Positions 21,479 to 34,161 of a DNA stretch of 64,000 nt are shown here, in pieces. The notes below the pieces were generated by a model. It saw only the letters and a list, made by a program, of their open reading frames with translations. It made no database searches and had not been told where the DNA came from. The DNA is from Marsupella aquatica (taxonomy: Eukaryota; Plantae; Marchantiophyta): assembly GCA_973895155.1 (NCBI GenBank), contig OZ316893.1, positions 1,488,860-1,552,859 on the forward strand, read 5' to 3'. Positions within the stretch are counted from its first letter, which is position 1. The number at the start of each line of letters is the position of its first letter. The translations under genes were made by a program, and so were the position numbers.

Positions 21479-23259
21479 AAGTAGACCTGATGCTGAAGCT
21501 GATCCAATTCATGCAGACAGAACCGTTTGTCGTCATATATATATATACTACCATGGAATGTGACCACTGTATATATCTGGGCTCTGAATCCTCATCAGTG
21601 TGGGCACGATTCTAGGAGACTTGGTGAAGCTGGTAGCAGCAAACTTCCTATTGCCTCGCCTATCGGTAGCTCAAACCCGGGCTCAAACCGCCCTCGATGG
21701 ATACCAATTCAGTGTACGTTCAACTCCTTTAAGACTGGCTAGTTTGGTCCGCAGAAGATTCAGTAAGAATTGAAATCATGTGTCTATATATCTGAACGAT
21801 GCGGGGAACGATGCTCCCTTCAAAGCGACAGCCCCTCGAAAGGATCTCAACTCCTTACGGTAGGTTGCTACAGTAGATATTTTCAATGATAGGTGGACAC
21901 TAGATGAAATGAAATCAGTCCAGCTTACTCATTGATAATCGGTGTAACTCTAATGCTGGGTCTGGTATCAATTGACTTTGCGACCATTTCTGGCTTGTGC
22001 ACACTGCTTTTAAGAACGCATTTTATCTCGTCTACTTCCGGAAAAGTTTTGTAATCAGAAATATCAGAAGAAATTACACAGAAAAGCAGTTGTTTCCTTT
22101 CTCATGACATGGAATTTCATTCCAGACCAGTGATGAATCGTGAGTTGATCGTGAATGCTGCTCGATTGGTCCAATTACGTATCTTTGAACAGTAAATTAT
22201 TGATTAAATTCTTAAACTCCTAGGCTGGCGTGAGACTAGTGCGCTCGGTGTCTACTGTAGATAGCCGACCGGCAAGCTCGTGATCCTCGACGAAATTGTC
22301 CACTTTCTCTAAAGCTGCAAAATACAGCGGGAGTACCGCAGTAGTGATTATGTGGACAAGGGACAGCAAAGATTGTTTTCTGACCCGAATGAGTTGTTGC
22401 GTTACTACTGCATCCCAATGCCGAACTCCGGGGACCCCGATCAAGGTCAATGGTCATTCATTACCGTCAACTGATCTCCTGACGTGCACTGATGACAATC
22501 TAACAGCACCAACAAAGGGAGTGCGTATCTTTGTTGGCACTCGGGCTAATAATTACTGCTGTAGACTTTGACGTCACGCATCTGGTTTGTGATTTCTTGA
22601 CTTCGTGGTTTGGTGTTTCATCGTTCGTTTCCCCCCATTATTTGGGCTGCTTTTCCATTCGGACGACTCTCTCTCCCCCCATATATATAGGCTTTAGTCC
22701 TCAGACACGCCGTCAAATCGAATTCTGTCATCTGTTGAGCTAGCTGTGTACTCGTGCATCTGGTCAAAGTCTAGCTCGTACGTGCCGAAAAAGGCATGGC
22801 CTTAATTCGATCGCACTACCCATGTGGATGGTGAAAAGAAAAGAGCTGGGCCTGTAAGCTACAACTGTGGTAGTGTTATGAGGTCCACTGTATTCTATGT
22901 TTCTGAAGGTCATCGTTATTGAAATAAGTTCTCAGGCAGCTCTTGGATATAAAATCATGAATGAGTCACCAATGACGAATGCTCTCCACTCTCCTAGTAA
23001 CTATTGAATAATAGAACAGACCGTCATTTAGTAGTCCCTCAATCTGTGACTAGCCTGATTACCCCTTCTTTGAAACGTAAATAAAGACTAAGACAAAAAA
23101 CAACAGCTTCTGAAACAAAGATGCTCATGTTCATCTTTGCCTCTATGACTCTAACTTGTCACCCTCACTTCTGTGTTGTCTTTATTGAGAGTCATTCTTA
23201 CTTTTGTCATAGTATAAAGTTAACTAGTTCAATGTTTGTGCATTACACCAAAAATGTGA

Positions 23260-23755
23260 AGGTGAGAAAAGATGTCAAGGAGAGAAAATGATGTTGAAAT
23301 GAGGAAAATAAATTGAAGTGAAAAAAAATGTAGAGGAGAGAAAAGGATGTTAAGATGGCAAGATAAGAAAACTATGTAAAGGTGAGAAAAAGATGTTGAT
23401 TTGAAGAAAATATGGCAAGGAGAGAAAAGATCTCAAGAATGAGACACAAAAATAATTGTGAAAAAAAGATGGCAAGATAAGAAAAAGATAAGATGTCAAG
23501 GTGAAAAAAAGAAATTGAGAGAAAGTGATCTCAAGGGGAGAAAAAAAATAGAGGTGAGAAAGATAGCCGGTCAGAGAGAAAAGATATCAAAGTGAGAAAA
23601 AAAAATGTCATGAGAGAAATGTGGAGGGTGAAAAAAATATGGCAAGATGAAAAAAAGAGTGATAAATCAAAGAAAAGAATGTTCAAAGTAGAAAAAGATG
23701 TAACTATTAAAATAAATGTGAAGATGAGAAAAATATATCAAAGCAAGAAAATATG
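23260..23755. repeat. A/G-rich degenerate low-complexity repeat within the copy-A-specific insertion
   Basis: Recurrent (G/A)TGAGAAAAAGATG-like units; absent from copy B. Confidence 0.6.
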
Positions 23756-24374
23756 TTATTCACATGGCACTCACATACACACATACCTCGTGTGCATTCA
23801 TGGCACTCACATCATAACTCGTGTGCAATCATGTTCCTCCTAAAACGTTTATGGTATAACAAAAACTTTGTCTTGTGTGCTCTGAAATTGCTTTTTGTCT
23901 AATCAAAGGTTATGATAAAACACAATATAAATCTAATCATCATAAAGCATTCACTCCAAAAGTGAATTTGTAGAAGGACTACCCACCACTTTTGGTGTAA
24001 CTGTTTACTACAGTAATAGATGTCAGCTTTGTTAATCTTTGTTCCCATGCCCTTTTTTGGGTCCATCTTAATTCACTTTTCACTTTTCTCCTATTGAGTC
24101 ACTGTCTAGAGAAGCTTCACTTTATGTCTAGAGAGGTGAGTCACTGTCTAGAGAGGCTTCACTTTAGAGTAGCTTGGCATTGGGCTTTGAGAGACTTCAC
24201 TTTAGAGAGTAAGCTTTCAATTGGGATATATTAGTAAGATGGGTCTAGTTTGCATTGGGCTTTATTAGTAAGATGGGAGTCCAGGGCCTTACTTCATTTT
24301 CACCAGTTGCAAAGTCTCACTCTGTGTATATTACTCTTCCCTGACGCGAATCCAATCAATCTTGAATACGATCT

Positions 24375-24673
24375 GGGTCATTGTAGCTTGCGAGGAAACA
24401 GTAAAAATTTTCCTTGCATGAGCAAAAAGTTTCCTCACATGACCCCTAATTTTTCTATATGCAATTGCCTCGCTAACACTAAACTGCTTGATAACATCCA
24501 TTTTGGGGACTCTCTTTTTACTAGCCATCTAGCTAGCCATATGGAGTCATAAAAAACACCCAAAAAATAGAAAAGGCAGCAAAAAGCAAAATAAATTTAA
24601 AACCACACGTGTCTCATCAACAATATTCCCCTCGCTAACGAAACTCCTGTTTGCTCGCATTATAGAATACCTC
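24375..24673. mobile_element. 299-bp MITE of the same family as the 13-kb MULE
   Basis: Left end GGGTCATTGTAGCTTGCGAGGAAACAGTAAAAATTT is near-identical to 5257; right end CCTGTTTGCTCGCA..CCTC. 10-bp TSD AATACGATCT (24365-24374, 24674-24683). Empty site in copy A at ~4152-4161. Confidence 0.9.
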
Positions 24674-24766
24674 AATACGATCTATAACCTGGTCTCAGAT
24701 CTTGCAAACATGCAGCTTTAACTTAGTTGACAGATTTAGAATCGAGTACTATTGGTTAGAATCTGC

Positions 24767-25392
24767 GATGGGATTCCAAAGTTTCTTTGTGATGCATGGT
24801 GAGTGAAGCAAGGCGTGATCAAAAATTGCCACAGGACATAAACAAATTTAGCTGTCTATCCGACCAATTGAACAAATGTAATGAAAAGCAGCTGACTTAC
24901 GTCATGCTGTCAAGCAGGTGGAGGGTTTGGCCCGGCAGCTCCATTGTGTCGGTATTGATGCTGCTTCACCTAATTCAAGAAAGGGCGAGCCCAGGTTGGA
25001 CTGTTGCCGTCCTCATACTGTAATACCAAGGAAATGTGAAATGTAGAACTGGACATGAAACACTGGAGTTTGTATTCATTCGGACTCCGGCAGCTATGTT
25101 GAAAATGGAATGAGATGGTTCTGGATTTTTCTTCGATGATTGCTATCTTGCCTGAGTACTGTAGCGAAGTCTGGAGGCAACCTAGCTCCTCTCCTATCGG
25201 ATTTCAGTGAGAAGAATGGTGCCAGAAAGACTTTTAACGGGCCAAAGTTTGTTAATGCACGCAGAGAACTAGTAGATTTGGCAGGAGAAAGAAGGGCGTA
25301 TCATTTTGACTAGCGATGTGAAGCTTCTGGGACGGAAGGTTGTTCCGACAGAGCTGGCATACAGAGTGAAGAAACAAGGAAAATGGGATCAG
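24767..25392 (+). pseudogene. Intron-containing fragment of a Mut7-C domain (mut-7/EXD3-like exonuclease) gene
   Basis: DGIPKFLCD(fs)M|GT..AG|VEGLARQLHCVGIDAASPNSRKGEP(R)|GT..AG|ELVDLA(fs)EKEGRIILTSDVKLL..YRVK matches the Mut7-C consensus KFLCDxMxEGLAxxLRCVGIDA..E.R..LTRD.KL. Exons 24767-24798, 24918-24994, 25265-~25392. Confidence 0.8.
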
Positions 25393-27252
25393 TATCACAG
25401 TTTGAATGGAGATCCCATCCAAGCGTTGAAGATGGTAGATTGCACAAAACATGAACAAACTCTCTCTCTCTCAGGCAATCGACTTTTTTCTGATCTGCTA
25501 AGCACGCCTGGTGCAGACATTCACGAGACTGAGTGCTGCACACTGTGCTGCACATTCTAACGGCCTACTGTCCTGTATTCCGTAATCCTTTGTAGAATTG
25601 AGCCAGCCAGGGAGGGACTGGCTACTGAAACAGAGTAAGGCACAGTCAACTATTTTGCAGCATGCACCCAGACCTTTTTCACAGGATGCAGAAATTAGTA
25701 AGGTAAAGGTTTCACTGACTAGTTTCATCCTCCTTGACCTATTCGTCAACGCCCAGATATAAGTCTTATCAGCTACAGCACAGCTCTTGGTTCGGTCAGT
25801 TTTCAGATCGATAGAGTTTTTACACAATATATTGAATGCTCTTTGTTTTATGAAGAAGCCCACGGGGATAGATGGAGTTAGCAGCTGTGCGTGTTTCTGA
25901 TTTTGAACGGTAAAAGAACTTTCAAGAATGTTGTACTCCATGACCGCTTTTTCACTTTGACTCCACATATTTCCGTATCTGGTTTTACTTGTGGTTATCC
26001 CAAAATTTCTTGTATTGATCACAAATTTCTCGATTGATATTCTCATTAAGAAAACACGGGTTGAACCATTCAACCAAGCCCATTTAATTGCATGGTTCCA
26101 AAACAAACCTCTTTGGATACCCTACCCTGATCTTTCTTTCGTACGTATACCACCCTGTTCCCCCGCCTGTTCCGGTTCCTGACATCACACGATTTTTGGT
26201 ATAGTATACTGGATGAAGTGCATGATCTGAATAAGATCGCACATAGAAAATTGGATTAAACATTCATGACGTCATGAAACTCGGTCGTGGAAATAGGTAA
26301 AAGGGTTGATAAGCTCTCAGTGCCCCTTTGACGAATCGAATCTCGCAGAAATTGTTAATTCAAGATGCGTTCCTCGACTTTGACGCTCCACGGATTTGCA
26401 TACTTTATCTAAACTTGAGCTTTTCGTTTGATGTGTGGAAGGGTGTTTTCAGAAAGCATTCAGTCTCCAATCAACCGTGCTGATCTATTCCAGTATATCA
26501 TCTAATCAAGGCTTAGTGATCCTCCCTTGTTTCCAACATTCTTGAGCCTGCTCGCTGACTTCTCAATGTTACAGCTCCGTGATAGACAATATAGCTGCTC
26601 GAGCTGAGGGCAGATGCCCCGCATACTGTAGATCAGGGAGGCAGCTGTAGATTGGGTTGAGGCCTGTACTCTCGAAGTAATCACATCTCGTTATTCTGTG
26701 GCAAACGGATATACACTTGCAAGCTTCATATGAGAGGGTTGAAAGGAACTGGCCTACATTGCAAGCAGGTCACTGGGTGGCCATATATTTCCGCTAAATT
26801 GGCTAATCTCCACTAGTAGTAGGCACAAAATATAGTGTCTCGCCATTTCGCAGGTATCTCAAAAGTGTTTTTCCCTTGTACAGATTAAAGTAACCGATTT
26901 CTAGATTGTGACTTTCGTAAGGGTGTGCCGTAAGTTGCAGTGAAGGTCCTGCTAAGGTACATGTCTGCAATGGGTTTAAACGTTTAAACCACCCGAGGAT
27001 GTGCTCCGTTTTCTTTCGTCATCTAAAACTTAAATTGCTCCAACCCATACAGTTCTAGATGCAGCTGTATACGTAGGGCAGCGATATATCGCTTACTCCG
27101 TGAAACAAATTCATTGCCATCTTCTCCGAATGGATGTTCTCAGGTTCACCCTACACACAGCTTCCATCGCCGGTATCGGACGTTTTTCCACACGTGCAGC
27201 ATTGACTCTCTGATCCGTAAACTGAGTCCTCCTCAGCAGCCTCAGGTGTTGC

Positions 27253-29214
27253 TCAATTTCCAAGACTCAGAAGGATCCCTTTCTCAATCGGTGAACAAGT
27301 TTGAATGTATGAGGCCGCGTCCAAGACATGTAAACCGTTGACAGACGGGTCGTACGGGCACGAGAGGAGTGCGTGGGCTTTATCAAGTTGGTAGCACAGG
27401 TCTACCGATGGTGAGCTTATGCAGGACCCTTCTTCTTGATCATTGAATTCAATTAGCCATGGCGTCAGAGCTCCATAAACCTGGGCTGCTCCACCGAATG
27501 TGGAGAACGGAGTGGCGAGGATTGCATCCGAGAGACTCAAGGAGATGATCTCCACCAATGCTTGCAAATCGACCTCCCAACCGTACTTCTGTTCATTCTC
27601 GTGAGTGATTTGAACCAGTCCTACACTCTCTCCCGACACGGTTGAATGCCGCAGATAAATCTCGTTCAAGTGGTCGAACAGGTCTGTATAAAGAGAAGTG
27701 ATCATGACCTTCACTATTGGATACGGCGGAGAAGAAGATCTATTGACAAGTCCTCTGGCGGAACTGTACTCCGTCACGTTGGGGAGAATGGCATTGTCCT
27801 GCAAACACTTGGTGATATGCGCATTCACAAAAGGAGCGTACTTGTCATGTTGATCATTCCCACCACGATACCTCGCCTGGATGCTCACCCGTCGGTCTGC
27901 GTTCTCCAAATACAATGCGTAGATCCTCTGAACACGGTCCCAGGCCTCGTCTACGGGAAGGAATGCAGATCTGACCACATAAGTGAGCGTCAATCCAGGC
28001 TTGGGGAACAGGGCTTCCAATGTGAGGCGGAGGGACGGAATGGTGTAGAGCTTGGGGAGGAAATAGAGGCATCCAGCTGCCGAAAGCCACTGCACTTTGG
28101 ACAAGAAATTCTGCTCCGTGTCACAGTAGAATCTGTTCACAGGGTGCCACCCATCATCCGCTTCAGCATGGAAGAAGCCCTGGTCTGCTGCAGCACTAGT
28201 GGCGTTGCCGTTGGCTTCATTCACCCACGCCAGGAAGGTGCCAGTTGCGTTGGAATCAATTCCTGCATTAATTCCGTTCTTTTGTGCGCGGCGATTCAAG
28301 TGCTCCAGACCCGACGCGAGCATCCACGAAGAGCCCTCGAAAGGCTCGCACATGATGGACGGAACATTGCTCCGGGGGAACAGCACGACTCTCTTTGTGA
28401 CCACTGCGTATAAGAGCACCGAAGCCGCATATGTGATCTTGTTGCCAAGACCGAAGAGTGACTCGCCGGTCATGAATTTACATCCTGGGATGATCTTCTT
28501 CTCGTTGAAGACGTCCACAATGTTGTTGTGGACCTTCCTCATGCAAGTTCGGTGAAGATGTGAGTACTCTTCGAAGACTGCTGTCCATTGGGGATTTGGA
28601 GGCGCATCCGCTTCGACCTTCCTGCTAGCGTAGAGAGGAGGGAGCTCCGCTCGAGCTCGGCAAGGATTCTCCGTGGCCCATGTTTCTTTCTCGTCCAGTG
28701 TGTACGAGCGGTGACTGTCATCGCTCTCGGCGAGATTGCGAGCTTCCTTGAGTTCAGCTAGAAGTTTCAGAACAGGAGGTGAGAAAATTGGCGGAGCATG
28801 GTTGCTAGAGAGAGACCATGGAAGGTCTGGGGAAGAAGCAGTCTTCCTGTCATTCGAGGTTTGGCAAGGGCAGTATACTTCTGCATGTTCGAGGACGAGG
28901 CTTGATCGAAGAAAGGATGGGAGACCTGATATGAGGAGAAATATGACAGCGGTGAGTATTGATAGAATTATTGTCCATCCGGTGGTACCACTGACTAGGG
29001 CCTTCTTCGAACTTGATGATAGCCACTTCTCAGGCTGCTTAATCTTCCAACTCTTCCAAACTCGGAACTGGGAAACTACATTACTGTCGTGAAGGAATAC
29101 ACGTCCTGCGTCTTCAACAGCATCTGCCTTGGAACGTAACTCCGTCCCTTCTTGGAGGGAAGATGCATTTTGTCCATTTCCATGCCCAATTGACGGCCCC
29201 ATTGATGGATTCAT
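27253..29214 (-). CDS. GT37 fucosyltransferase family protein, copy B, 653 aa, intronless CDS
   Basis: Near-identical to copy A, with the same motifs. Confidence 0.9.
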   Translation of the reverse strand: MNPSMGPSIGHGNGQNASSLQEGTELRSKADAVEDAGRVFLHDSNVVSQFRVWKSWKIKQPEKWLSSSSKKALVSGTTGWTIILSILTAVIFLLISGLPSFLRSSLVLEHAEVYCPCQTSNDRKTASSPDLPWSLSSNHAPPIFSPPVLKLLAELKEARNLAESDDSHRSYTLDEKETWATENPCRARAELPPLYASRKVEADAPPNPQWTAVFEEYSHLHRTCMRKVHNNIVDVFNEKKIIPGCKFMTGESLFGLGNKITYAASVLLYAVVTKRVVLFPRSNVPSIMCEPFEGSSWMLASGLEHLNRRAQKNGINAGIDSNATGTFLAWVNEANGNATSAAADQGFFHAEADDGWHPVNRFYCDTEQNFLSKVQWLSAAGCLYFLPKLYTIPSLRLTLEALFPKPGLTLTYVVRSAFLPVDEAWDRVQRIYALYLENADRRVSIQARYRGGNDQHDKYAPFVNAHITKCLQDNAILPNVTEYSSARGLVNRSSSPPYPIVKVMITSLYTDLFDHLNEIYLRHSTVSGESVGLVQITHENEQKYGWEVDLQALVEIISLSLSDAILATPFSTFGGAAQVYGALTPWLIEFNDQEEGSCISSPSVDLCYQLDKAHALLSCPYDPSVNGLHVLDAASYIQTCSPIEKGILLSLGN

Positions 29215-32200
29215 CGCCGCCCTGGCCTATAATTCGATGAGGACCTAACATTCAATCAATGTATGAACCTCAGCGCGAGACTCATACATTGAATATACGT
29301 TATTGCGTGCAGAGCCCAGTATGTGTGGAAGTAGACCTGATGCTGAAGCTGAGCCAATTCATGCAGACAGGACAGTTTCTCGTGATACTACCATGAAATG
29401 TCACCCCTGTAGCTGGGCTCTCAATCCTCATCAGCGTGGGCACGATTCTAGGAGACTTTGTGGAAGCTGGTAGCAGCAAACTTCCTATTGCCTCGCCTAT
29501 CGGTAGCTCGAACTGCCCTGGATGGATACCAATTCAGTGTACGTTCAACTCCGTTGGACTGCCTAGTTTGGCCTGCAGAAATTTCAGCAAGAATTGAAAT
29601 TTTGTGTCTATCTGAACGATGCTCTCTTCAAAGCGACAGCCCCTCGAAAGAATCTCAACTCCTAACGTACGGTAGGTTGCTACAGTAGATATTTGGAACG
29701 ACAGGTGGACAGTCGATGAAATGAAATCAGTCCAGCTTGCCCATTGATGGTGTAACTTTAATGCTGGGTCTGGTATCAATCGACTTTTCGGGCGTTTCTG
29801 ACTTTCTGGCTAGTGCACACTGCTTTTTAGAACGCATTTAGTCTTGTCTACTTCAGGAAAAGTTTTGTAATCAGAAGAATCAGAAGAAAACAGCAAAGCA
29901 GCACAGAACAAGGGAGCAATTGTTTCGTTTCTCGTGAGATGGAATTTCATACCAGACCGGTGAATGAATCGTGAGTTGATCGTGAATCCTGCGCGGTCGG
30001 TCCAACTACGTACCTACTACGTACCTTTGAACAGTAAATTCTTGATTAATTTCTTAACTCCTAGGCTGCGGCGTAAGACTAGTGTGCTCGGCGTCTAGAT
30101 AGCGGGCCGGCAAGCTCGTCAACCTCGAGGGAATTGTCCACTTTCTCTCAAGCTGCAAAATACGGCGGGAGTAGTTATTATGCGAGACACTGGACGGCTG
30201 CATGTATTGCAATACTGTACTGATTTCTGACCCGAATGAGTTGCGTTACTTCAGGATCCCAATGAGAATCTCCGGGCCCCCGATCAAGGTCATAGATCAT
30301 CGTCTAACTCATCTCCCGAGCGTGCACCAATGACAATCTAAGAGTGGCCAATGAAGGGACTTCGTTTCTATGTTGGCACTCGGGCTGCAGACTACTGTGG
30401 ACTTTCACGTCACGGATCTGGTTTGTGAATTTTTGACTTCGTGGTTTGGTGTTTCATACTTCCTTTCCCCCTTTATTTGGGCTGCTTTTCCATTGGGACC
30501 CTATCCGAGACCCTATCTCCCGGTTCGATGTTTTTGCCATTTGGCACTGTGATATATATAGGCTTAGTCAGACATGCAGCCCGTCAATTCGAATTCTGTC
30601 GAGCTAGCTGGGCATCTTTTGAAGGGTGGTCTTGCATCTGGTCAAGCCTAGCTCGTACGTGCCGAAAAGAGCATGGCCTTCGATCGCTCTTCCCAATGTC
30701 GATGGTGACAAGAAAAGAGCTGGGACTAGCCTGTGAGCTACTCTGGTAGTGCTATGAGGCCCACTGTATTCTATGTTTCTGAAGGTCATCGTTATTGAAA
30801 TTAGTTCTCAGGCGGCACTTGAATATAAAATCATGAATGAGTCACCAAAGACGAATGCTCTCCACTCTCCTAGTAGCTATTGAATATTAGAACAGACCGT
30901 CATTTAGTACTCCCGCAATCTCGCTGACGTCCCACTCAGTTAGTGAGCTGCTTCCCGTGTAGTGAATTGGTGGATTGGTGAATTGTCAGGTTACGTTGAC
31001 ATTTTCTGTGATGGGCCTCGCCCAGTGCCTTACCTCGCTTTCGCCAGTTCACGGAAAAGTCTCACTCTGTGTATATTACTCTTACCTTACGCGAATCCAG
31101 TCAAGTTTTACTTTGCTTCCACTGACAGTAAGGTGGTGACCAGCAGTCCAGCACAGAAGAAAAAAGTCGTGCCCCAGACGCCCACCCAGATGCCGTCCGT
31201 CCAGTTCTATTCCACTATCATCGAAGCCTAGCAACAGAAAATCAATGAAACGGATTGAGGTGCATGTCACTCTGCTCTGCTGCGCAGCTCGAGATGAGAA
31301 TACTGGATTGAAGTTGGATGCAAGATATTTCACGTTGCCATAAAGACTACTGACTGTAGTTACTCTGAGTTCAGTCTCTTCAGGGCATATATCTATACAG
31401 TGAATAAATGCAAAGTAGCAAACGGAAGTGTGCGCGTATATAATTGCATGCCAGCGATTGCCAGGAGCATGCTCTTTCCAGCCCAACTTGGCCAATCAAG
31501 GACTCCAAGCGCAATCAGCCCACCAAGATCAGGGAAGTTGATGAATCCTATATTCAAGGTGAGGGGTCCTCTCAAGTCCACGAAATTGTATACAGTTTAG
31601 GCTGTCCTGACCCCTGGGCAACTACTGTAGGTTTGCTGAATTTATTCAATGTGCTTTTGGATCAGTTACAGCAGAGCAGACTGACAGCAAAGTTGAAGGG
31701 TGAATGGGAAACTGTAGATCATGGCCGCCAGTGCCTTCAATTTGTAGGTGCAGTGGCTGTATCACGTGTTCTTTTACGTACACCACGATCGGCCTTTCTT
31801 CCTTGGTCTTCAGGAGTTTTGTTTGTGATGGAAATTCTTTGGATCTGCTTTCTGTGCCTGTATTGTACTCTATTTGCTTGGCTGGATGAGGCTCTGCCCC
31901 CTAGAAAAGGTGAGGTCTTGGCGTTGTTTTATATCCAACTATCAATGAACAAAAAGTGCCAAATGGGGGGGGGGGAGGCAGGATCATCCTACAAGTGTGA
32001 GACCCAAAAAAGGGAGCAAACAAGGGAAACCCAGAAAGGCAGACGACCCAATCAACCGGGGAAGACAGAAAAAATTACAAAGGCAGAAGGCCCAATAATA
32101 AAGGGGTGCAAACAAGGGCAAACAACGGAAAAATTGCGACACAAGGAAAATAAGTGAAACACTTAGGAAAACCAAACAGCCAAGGATCTAAAGGCAGGAG

Positions 32201-34048
32201 ATGCAATAAATGGACGCAAACATAACTTTCAAGGCAAAAAGAAAAGAGGCAAGCAAGGAAAGACCCAGGAAGACTATAGAGCCAGGGAGTACCCACCATG
32301 GCACAACCAAATACCAGAAAGACCAACGAGAGTACCTACCTTAGTGAATTAAAACCTAACCCTACTGAGAACAGCATGGTTTTTCGGTTCTCCCTCGATC
32401 ACCATCAGCTGGGCATTCTTTCAGCACCATGGATGTGAATGGGGTATTTGTTTTCCTTAATGTTTAGTCTTTCCATTTAAAAAACTTGAGCTTAGGCTCA
32501 CACGAATGGTCCACCTGCATCAGCGTCAGATTTGAGTTGGTTCAAGGTTGGCTACCTGCAAAGAGTTATCTAATTGCACGCAAATTAAAGCCTCACTTGG
32601 AATGACAAAATACACATGGAATTTTGGTTGGAATGACAAGACCATTCGAAATATTGGAAATAGGATCCCAATCAGTTGCTGGCTACTTCACGTCTTCCTA
32701 CATTGCTGCAAGACTTTTCTGGTTCTGTATTTGAGATATATATCGACAAGAATGCACACACAAAGTCCACTCAGGTTGATCCTCCACTTGGTCTTTATAT
32801 GTTCCTCATATGTAAGGTTGGTCCTCCACTTGGTCTTTCTATGTTCCTCATATGTAGGTTAGAGAATTACATCACAGGTGAAGAGCATATTGCAATTAGG
32901 AGGGTCATAAGGGATTAGAGTGTATTTCACTACTTGTTATCGGTGCATTATTGGCCCCAACGACCAAAGTGCACTAGACCACTTCAAACGTTCCTAATCA
33001 CCATTCCAAATATATCACTGCCAGAAAACAAAAGGCACCCAACAGGGAGATATGATCCCTCAGGCAAAGGACCCAATCAAGGAATCAAGGGGGACAACCA
33101 AGGGCCCAGAAATCAAACCGCAAATTAACTGTATTGTCATTAACCAGCTGATAAAATATTTACAGGGATCTTGGCAGTCCCAGGGCAATGACATTTCCTG
33201 CTCAGATGGGCCTCTGACCAAAGCCTCTTGTTTAGGAGCTGTAGTTTTGGGTGACACGGGAAGCATCGGAGATTTAAATCCTAAAGACTTCCCAAATTTT
33301 TTTGAACACATGATCAAAGATATGCACAGACGTTCTAGGGATGTACTTGCCTCCACATTTCCGTAAATCGTATCTACACTAAGATCACATTCTGAACTGG
33401 AATGAAAGTACCGAGATAAAGTTGCCGGTGGGCAGATGAGTTGAGGTGCTGAGTTATCATCTATTCATGCAAAACCAGGGTGTTGATATCAGCTAATCTC
33501 ACTCCACTAGAAACCGTCCTTCTAATTTGCGAGGGACTGCCGATTCCCTGAGAGGATTTGAAGCTACGGTCTACTGATGCCCGATCCAATGCAGAAAAGT
33601 TGAGACAAGCCAATGTCTTTCAGACAACAATACTATCCATACAAGACAGCGTAGTGATCGGTGAAACCGTAACTCAGTAGCAAACAAAAATGACCTTTAG
33701 AGTAAATTCTTCGCTTCGTGACATGAAAACACAAATTGCAACATTAAATCTATCGGCACTCGGTAGGACCACGCTATAATACACCACTGCGCCAGACGCT
33801 CATTCTGGACGCCACGATCCAGAAAACTCTACTCAAGGTGGATGCTAGAACCTTTAAAGACTCATTGATGAAATGATTCCACTACCATCAAAGGGTCAAA
33901 GAAGGTTGAAGCATCCACCAAGACAATCCCAAGTAGAATGTCCCAGACAACGATTCCAAGGACACCTAAGAATGTCTATCACCAACACGGGCTATGCACG
34001 GTACCAGAAGATATGCATCGGATGGTGTAAGCGCTGGGAAACTTACAG

Positions 34049-34125
34049 TGCCGTGGTCAGATAATTGTAGTCTGTTTTAGGGTCATCACATAAAATATGA
34101 GGAAAACCATCATCATCCCACGGCA
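34049..34125 (-). ncRNA. Box C/D snoRNA, probable 25S rRNA guide
   Basis: 8-bp terminal stem TGCCGTGG/CCACGGCA; C box ATGATGA, C' GTGATGA, D CTGA. The guide CAGACTACAATT is complementary to AATTGTAGTCTG, recalled from the 5' domain of plant 25S rRNA. Confidence 0.75.
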
Positions 34126-34161
34126 TTCTCAAGGCCATCAAGCCTCCTACTCTAATATGCA

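Larger units (their letters stand above)
4140..24360. repeat. Tandem segmental duplication, copy A (enlarged by the MULE 5257-18407 and an insertion at ~23050-24285)
   Basis: 4145-5256 plus 18408-23045 align to 24357-30920, and 24290-24360 aligns to 31030-31105. Boundaries are approximate. Confidence 0.85.
24361..31105. repeat. Tandem segmental duplication, copy B (~6.7 kb)
   Basis: Same order of unknown ORF remnant, FUT 3' flank, FUT CDS and FUT upstream region as in copy A. Confidence 0.85.

Noticed and set aside
31110-33360. Several ORFs including the 237-aa 31444-32157 and hydrophobic minus-strand fragments
   Set aside because: No recognisable domain or coherent exon chain; partly low complexity.
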